Assembly (NCBI GenBank): GCA_039679675.1
Contig: JBDKUN010000039.1
Coordinates: forward strand, 1-64,000
DNA: 64,000 bases
Reading direction: 5' to 3'
Source: Armatimonadota bacterium
GTDB taxonomy: Bacteria; Armatimonadota; UBA5829; DTLH01
The notes beneath the pieces were generated by a model. That model ran no database searches. It worked only from the letters and a program-made list of their open reading frames with translations, and had not been told where the DNA came from. Each line of letters opens with the position of its first letter. The first letter of the stretch is position 1. Below are positions 59,080 through 64,000 of the stretch, piece by piece. Made by a program: the position numbers and the translations under genes.

Positions 59080-59253
59080 GCAGCCGCGGCTATTGCGAGT
59101 ATTCCATATTAGTATAACAGATTGACGGCTAAGTGTAAATTTGGTGAACATATGAGGCATCTCAGTTATTTAAGTTATAGCCCAAAAAGATGGTTACTAT
59201 AAAGGTGATTATTTCCATGAAGATACGAGTGCATCGACATTTGCAGCTCATTT

Positions 59254-59351
59254 ATGCACTACAAAGGATTTTGTGGTGCATGATACGGCACTTAGTGACC
59301 CACAAAGAAGTTTGTGGGCAACAGGTGCGGCACAAATTATCCTGTGTCGCA
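59254..59351. repeat. Three related palindromes with an ACAAA-N4-TTTGT core
   Basis: ATGCACTACAAAGGATTTTGTGGTGCAT; TGACCCACAAAGAAGTTTGTGGGCA; TGCGGCACAAATTATCCTGTGTCGCA. Confidence 0.6.
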
Positions 59352-59405
59352 TGTTGAGACCGTCCATTGACCGCAAATGACTTGACGATACGAGGAAACT
59401 CCATA

Positions 59406-60515
59406 CTATATTCCTTCTGCAATTTCAAGTAGCGCAGGGAAATACAGCGTAGCAGGAGTACGCCCGGACTGTTCTCTGAGTATAAAAAGGATTTCGCTTT
59501 CTACCAGCATCTTTATTATGCGTTTTGCAGTGCTCGGCGGTATGCCGGACCTTGACACAAAAAACCTGCTGTCGAATATCGGCTTATCAAATAAAGCATC
59601 CAAAGTCTGCACGGCAAACTGAGAATGTGTGATTTCGGGGACTCGGACTTTCATTTCGTTGTATAAGCTTATAATCGCTCTCGCCTTGCGATTGTTTTCT
59701 TCTGCTTGCACTAAAACCGCTTGCAGAAAGAATTTGATCCACCGGTTCCAGTCATTGTTCTGCGAAATTGACCTCAGACAATCGAAATATGTGTCCCGAT
59801 TTCGCTCTAGATACGCGCTTATGTAGAACATGGGACTGGACAAAAGGCCTTTACCATACAGGAGTAAAGGCACAAGCATACGGCCAATTCGTCCGTTGCC
59901 ATCACAAAATGGATGAATTAACTCGAACTGAGCTTTCAAGATAGCCAATTGAACCAGTGAGTCACGCTCTTCAGCATGTACGTAGGATTCCCAATTGTTC
60001 AGGGCAGGGATCACGTCCGTCGGTGCAGGCGGTATGAATGTGGCTCGTTCTATGGGAGTGCCCTGCGGCGCAATATAGTTCTGTGTCCTGCGAATCTCGC
60101 CCGGCCTGCTTTCTTGTCCACGTACACTACCCGATAACAAAATACTATGAAGATCAAGAACCAAGTTCAAGCAGATCGGCCGTTTATTCATATCCCCTAC
60201 AGCCATTTTGATAGCTTGGCGGTAGTTGATCACCTCGTGGAGTTCATCGTGCTTGCGCGGAGTTGTACCCACTGAAGGATTTATCTCGAACTGCAACACC
60301 TCTTCCATGGACGTTACAGTACCTTCGATCTTCGAGGAAACAACTGCTTCCTGGGTCATAAGTGGCGATAAAAGAACCTGTGGATTGATAACAGCTTGAA
60401 GTATACCGTCATATCTAGCCAACGCAGCATTAGATTTGCCAATCAAAGTCACATGTTCAGCCCAATCTATAGAACCTTGGGGTAAAGGTAACTTTTCCGG
60501 AACATATGGAGTCAT
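59406..60515 (-). CDS. Fic family protein (class II, N-terminal inhibitory motif, C-terminal HTH-like region)
   Basis: HPFCDGNGRIGR catalytic motif; SSKIEG inhibitory motif; GAGGAGG RBS. Confidence 0.92.
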   Translation of the reverse strand: MTPYVPEKLPLPQGSIDWAEHVTLIGKSNAALARYDGILQAVINPQVLLSPLMTQEAVVSSKIEGTVTSMEEVLQFEINPSVGTTPRKHDELHEVINYRQAIKMAVGDMNKRPICLNLVLDLHSILLSGSVRGQESRPGEIRRTQNYIAPQGTPIERATFIPPAPTDVIPALNNWESYVHAEERDSLVQLAILKAQFELIHPFCDGNGRIGRMLVPLLLYGKGLLSSPMFYISAYLERNRDTYFDCLRSISQNNDWNRWIKFFLQAVLVQAEENNRKARAIISLYNEMKVRVPEITHSQFAVQTLDALFDKPIFDSRFFVSRSGIPPSTAKRIIKMLVESEILFILREQSGRTPATLYFPALLEIAEGI

Positions 60516-60690
60516 TCGGTTACCTCCTCTAGCCTTCTTCGCATCTCTCGAAGATCGCAGACGATCTTCGAGAGTGCTCGCGATGGCAACTCAGCTAATG
60601 CGGGAACGGACAAGGGCGCTGAGACATACATATCTTACGAAACACCAGAGTTTACTGTCAATAAAACGCGTTGCCGTCGCAAATTTTTAC

Positions 60691-60719
60691 TTGCGATAGG
60701 TTAGCTGTAGTGGTATAAT
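60691..60719 (+). promoter_or_regulatory. sigma70 promoter of rpsF-ssb-rpsR
   Basis: TTGCGA-N17-TATAAT with extended -10 TG. Confidence 0.6.
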
Positions 60720-60795
60720 AATGCGTTCTGTTTTCCTATATAAACAGGATGAACAATCAGGGTAGGCAGCGCGAGCAATAACGGTTTGCGCGATT

Positions 60796-60846
60796 ACCCT
60801 CCCTGCCCCGGAAGAACCGGGGCCGAATAAGCCCGAAGGGAGGTGA
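60796..60846 (+). promoter_or_regulatory. rpsF leader (S6:S18 autoregulatory RNA)
   Basis: CCTCCCT pairs with the SD AGGGAGG; inner GCCCCGG/CCGGGGC stem with an adjacent CCG, matching the known S6:S18-binding motif architecture. Confidence 0.75.
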
Positions 60847-61358
60847 CGAACATAGCAATCGTCAGAGATTACGAGACACTCTACATCATTGATCCGAACC
60901 TCACGGAAGAACAGGTTCAAGCCGTAACCGATAAGTACTCTCAGATAGTGACCCAGAACGGCGGCGAGATACTTGCAGTCGAGAAATGGGACAGAAGACG
61001 GCTGGCCTACGAAGTAGCCGGAAAGCGCGAAGGTATGTATATCCTTATGTACTTCCGTAGCGAGGCTACGGTAGCGTCCGAGTTGGACAGACTCATGAAA
61101 ATCAACGAAGACGTGTTGAGGCATCTGATCGTACGCGATGAGGAAGGTCAGGCAGCGGCAGCAAAGGAACGGGTTTCAAGACCTGCGCCCAAGCCTGCTG
61201 AGCAGCCGGTTGAAGCTAAAGTTGAGGAAGCTCCCGCACAAGCGGAAGCCGAAACACCTGCTGAGGCTGAAGCTACTGCCGAGACTGCCCAGCCTGAAGA
61301 GGCTGAGCCCGCAGCGGCAGAGCCGGTCGAAGAGCAGCCGACAGAAGCAGCTGAATGA
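60843..61358 (+). CDS. rpsF: 30S ribosomal protein S6 with an Ala/Glu/Pro-rich C-terminal extension
   Basis: RDYE..I..P, WDRRRLAYEV, INEDVLRHLIV; start codon uncertain. Confidence 0.95.
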   Translation: MTNIAIVRDYETLYIIDPNLTEEQVQAVTDKYSQIVTQNGGEILAVEKWDRRRLAYEVAGKREGMYILMYFRSEATVASELDRLMKINEDVLRHLIVRDEEGQAAAAKERVSRPAPKPAEQPVEAKVEEAPAQAEAETPAEAEATAETAQPEEAEPAAAEPVEEQPTEAAE

Positions 61359-61504
61359 TGATGTAATGAATCCGTGAGGCCCTGGTGGAGTTTATCCCCC
61401 ATTTTATGCCCACGGACCGCGCCAGGCATTTTGCCTGATCCTGAATGGCGCTTTATCCCATGTATCCTAGGTTTTCTAAGATACACCCTTAGGAGGAATG
61501 CTGG

Positions 61505-61921
61505 ATGTTAAACCAAGTGGTATTGATAGGAAGAATCGGCAAAGATCCTGAATTAAGATATACACCGAGTGGTGTTGCTGTTGTCAGTTTCAGTCTGGCT
61601 GTTAACCGCCAGTTCAAATCACAGAGCGGTGAGCAGGAAACAGACTGGTTCAACATAGTAGCATGGAAGCAGCAGGCCGAATTTGCAGCCAACTACCTTG
61701 GAAAAGGCAGGCTGGTAGCTGTTCAGGGAAGACTGCAGGCCCGCTCTTGGGTCGCGCAGGATGGGACGAAGCGCAATACCGTCGAGGTCGTAGCCGAAAG
61801 ACTGACCGGCCTTGACAGACCTAAGGACCAGGCGGCGGCCGGAACCGGCGAGGGAGCACCTGCCGGAGGCGCTGTTATGGATGAAAACGATACGGATTAC
61901 GATCCGTTTGCCGAAGAGTAA
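61505..61921 (+). CDS. ssb: Single-stranded DNA-binding protein
   Basis: [27 protein letters not shown], acidic DPF tail. Confidence 0.96.
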   Translation: MLNQVVLIGRIGKDPELRYTPSGVAVVSFSLAVNRQFKSQSGEQETDWFNIVAWKQQAEFAANYLGKGRLVAVQGRLQARSWVAQDGTKRNTVEVVAERLTGLDRPKDQAAAGTGEGAPAGGAVMDENDTDYDPFAEE

Positions 61922-61935
61922 CACGGAGGACAAAT

Positions 61936-62202
61936 ATGCCCGCTCCTAGAAGATCCGGCGGCAGAGCCGGAGGCGGCGGCGGCAAGTTCAGAAGGCCGCG
62001 CCGCAAGGTGTGCGCGTTCTGCGTGGACAAAGTGACGTTCATAGATTATAAGAACGCCGCCAAGCTGCGCAGGTACGTATCAGACCGCGGTAAGATCCTG
62101 CCGCGCAGGACTACCGGAAATTGCGCTGCGCATCAGCGCGCATTGACCCGCGCCATCAAACGCGCGCGGGAAATCGCACTGCTGCCGTTCACAGCAGAAT
62201 GA
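61936..62202 (+). CDS. rpsR: 30S ribosomal protein S18
   Basis: [25 protein letters not shown]. Confidence 0.97.
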   Translation: MPAPRRSGGRAGGGGGKFRRPRRKVCAFCVDKVTFIDYKNAAKLRRYVSDRGKILPRRTTGNCAAHQRALTRAIKRAREIALLPFTAE

Positions 62203-62278
62203 AACCTGCCCGAAAAGGCAGTTGATAACATACGGGCGTGTGGCTTTATCGAGCTGCACGCCCATTGTTTTGTACAGT

Positions 62279-62488
62279 CTATAGTGTCCGGTTTATGTGC
62301 TCCCGCTGGCCTTTTATGAGCGCCCAGACTTCATGCACAGTCTCGTAAACACCCTCAGGTAAGCGGCTGACATCCGTGATAAACTCATCAGGAGCGCCGT
62401 TATCTTCAGCCATCTGAATGCACTCTTCTCTGGTTGCCGGGAAAGCAGTCTGGTTTAAATAATGCCCGATATTCATCTCGGTAGCCAT
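62279..62488 (-). CDS. Small DUF2795-like protein
   Basis: FPATREE...A..NGA...LP...Y pattern; AGGAGG RBS. Confidence 0.75.
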   Translation of the reverse strand: MATEMNIGHYLNQTAFPATREECIQMAEDNGAPDEFITDVSRLPEGVYETVHEVWALIKGQREHINRTL

Positions 62489-62649
62489 TTTATACCTCCT
62501 GAAGCGTCTTGTATCCCAAGTGGCGCGCTGGAATAAGCTGAGACTTTTGTAATCGTAGCATTCCCATATTGATGGCGTAATAATCTACTGATTTTTCGCT
62601 AACTGTATAAGTTGTATTCACCTGAAAACCTGTATGGAGAACGAAATTG

Positions 62650-64000
62650 ATGCAACCTAACCAAAATAGTGTTACGGAAGCCGACTTGATTGATAAACTC
62701 CCCCATCTGCCTGCGCTTGAGTCAGTTGAGCAAAAAGGCTGGACCTATTTTTCCTTTGCACTGGTGTTTATTGCTCTTTTGCTCAATTTTCCGATCGGGG
62801 GAGTCCGGTTAATCGCAAAATACTGGCAATTCCTGGGTGGGTTCAGGAACATAACCGTTGTTATCGTCGGCACATCAGCCCTACTGCTCCTCTACCTTAT
62901 AATATCCCTCCTCTCTACGGAACTATACTTCAAAACAGATGAACAGGGACTGGTGACACGCAGTATAATCAGGCGAAAGTATATAGCATGGCAGGATGTC
63001 ATCGATGCTGCCACCGAAAGCACGCTGACGGGTCACACCATATATAGACTGAAGACAAAGAAACGCACTGTAATAGTATCTGCTACCTCGAACAATTTCG
63101 ATATATCTTATCTGGCAGCTTCCATAATGCAGCATTTGAGAAAACAGGGTAAAGCAAAAAGCATAAGGCTGCCATCTTCATCCTTGAGCCTTTGGGACAG
63201 GATACCGGACGAAGTCCCGGCTTCTATGGATATAAACACATCTACACGCCGGACGGATACGGTATCAATCATCTCGCTGGTAATAATGCTCGTGGCAGTG
63301 TCGATGTCTTCCGTGTGGATAACAATATCAGCGATACTGAGTAGGGATTTTCCTCTTGCCGTGATAAGTGGAATCGGCGGGCTGTTTGTTATTTCGCTGT
63401 CACTGTGTAATAGGATTTTCCCACGGACTACAAAAATATCCATCCGCAGTGAGTATTTTGAGGTAAGAAACAACAAGCGGAAGGCAACTGTTCAGTGGTC
63501 TGACGTAACGCATGCGGACTGGTACCCATCAGGGATTCTCATTCGTACAGCAAACCCTCGTACCAAAGTGCTGATCCCGATCGGCATATTTGATGAAGAT
63601 AACTTCAAGCTGACACTGGCTGTTATTCGCCGTTTGCGCACGGCTGGAGTCCCGCAGGCTCTCACAATCCCTTACACACTCCGGGCAAACTGGCGTGCCG
63701 GAACGGTCGGCAGAACACATCAAGAACCTATTGAATTACGTTTATCCAAACTTGAGCGGTTTGCGATGACTGGGCTTATACCATTGTTTGGCTTAGTGTT
63801 GTTACCGAATTTTGTATTAAGGCCACGGCTGTACGTTCCTGCTGCGCTTGCTTCGTTGGCGGTATGGTGGATTGCCTGCCGAATTGCCGTTTTGAGCACT
63901 ATGGTAGTCAATGAAGAGGGTATAACCAGGCGATCTATCTGGCAGAAAAAAACCGTCAAATGGGAAGATGTTGCATCCGTATCATTTGGAAGTCAGATAA
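62650..64000 (+). CDS. Hypothetical membrane protein with repeated TM-hairpin plus PH-like modules (partial, runs off window)
   Basis: Not in the ORF track. Open frame from ATG 62650 (MQPNQNS...) to the window end; repeated modules ending IAWQDV, VQWSDV, VKWEDV. Confidence 0.7.
   Translation, partial: MQPNQNSVTEADLIDKLPHLPALESVEQKGWTYFSFALVFIALLLNFPIGGVRLIAKYWQFLGGFRNITVVIVGTSALLLLYLIISLLSTELYFKTDEQGLVTRSIIRRKYIAWQDVIDAATESTLTGHTIYRLKTKKRTVIVSATSNNFDISYLAASIMQHLRKQGKAKSIRLPSSSLSLWDRIPDEVPASMDINTSTRRTDTVSIISLVIMLVAVSMSSVWITISAILSRDFPLAVISGIGGLFVISLSLCNRIFPRTTKISIRSEYFEVRNNKRKATVQWSDVTHADWYPSGILIRTANPRTKVLIPIGIFDEDNFKLTLAVIRRLRTAGVPQALTIPYTLRANWRAGTVGRTHQEPIELRLSKLERFAMTGLIPLFGLVLLPNFVLRPRLYVPAALASLAVWWIACRIAVLSTMVVNEEGITRRSIWQKKTVKWEDVASVSFGSQI

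Noticed and set aside
59227..59390. Possible mini-CRISPR array
   Set aside because: The repeats are not identical, the spacers are too short and uneven, and there are no cas genes in the window.
1..64000. tRNA, rRNA, prophage or integrase genes
   Set aside because: No recognisable examples were seen by eye.

Overview
64-kb bacterial chromosomal segment, probably from an anaerobic Armatimonadota-like organism. That assignment is inferred from the exosortase-EpsI fusion, the prepilin/H-X9-DG protein, pta-ackA, and the Firmicutes-like efp-accB-accC-nusB-folD-ispA and recG-coaD-pta-ackA-yceD-rpmF-plsX-fab-rnc gene orders. Left to right: the 5' end of an IS200-type element; a surface-polysaccharide locus (wzm/wzt, CapK-like ligase, GT2, exosortase, epimerase); a hydrolase-tatD-GNAT-deacetylase-sugar ABC operon; pepA; a LonC-type protease; wza/wzc-like genes behind a c-di-AMP (ydaO) riboswitch; a stand-alone cyanophycin-synthetase N-domain protein; partner-switching genes; methylthioadenosine salvage genes; the fatty-acid synthesis cluster; recG; a Fic gene; and rpsF-ssb-rpsR with its S6:S18 leader. 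Most unusual features: (i) a c-di-AMP riboswitch upstream of a polysaccharide export module whose tyrosine kinase lacks the Walker A lysine; (ii) several small palindromic repeat families nested inside one another, one with a TA duplication and an end that repeatedly abuts ribosome-binding sites; (iii) a free-standing CphA N-domain with a near-intact hydrolase motif and an attenuator-like leader; (iv) a phased palindrome array beside the Fic gene; (v) a probable non-canonical ATA start for rpsF. All calls are by eye; no database searches were run.
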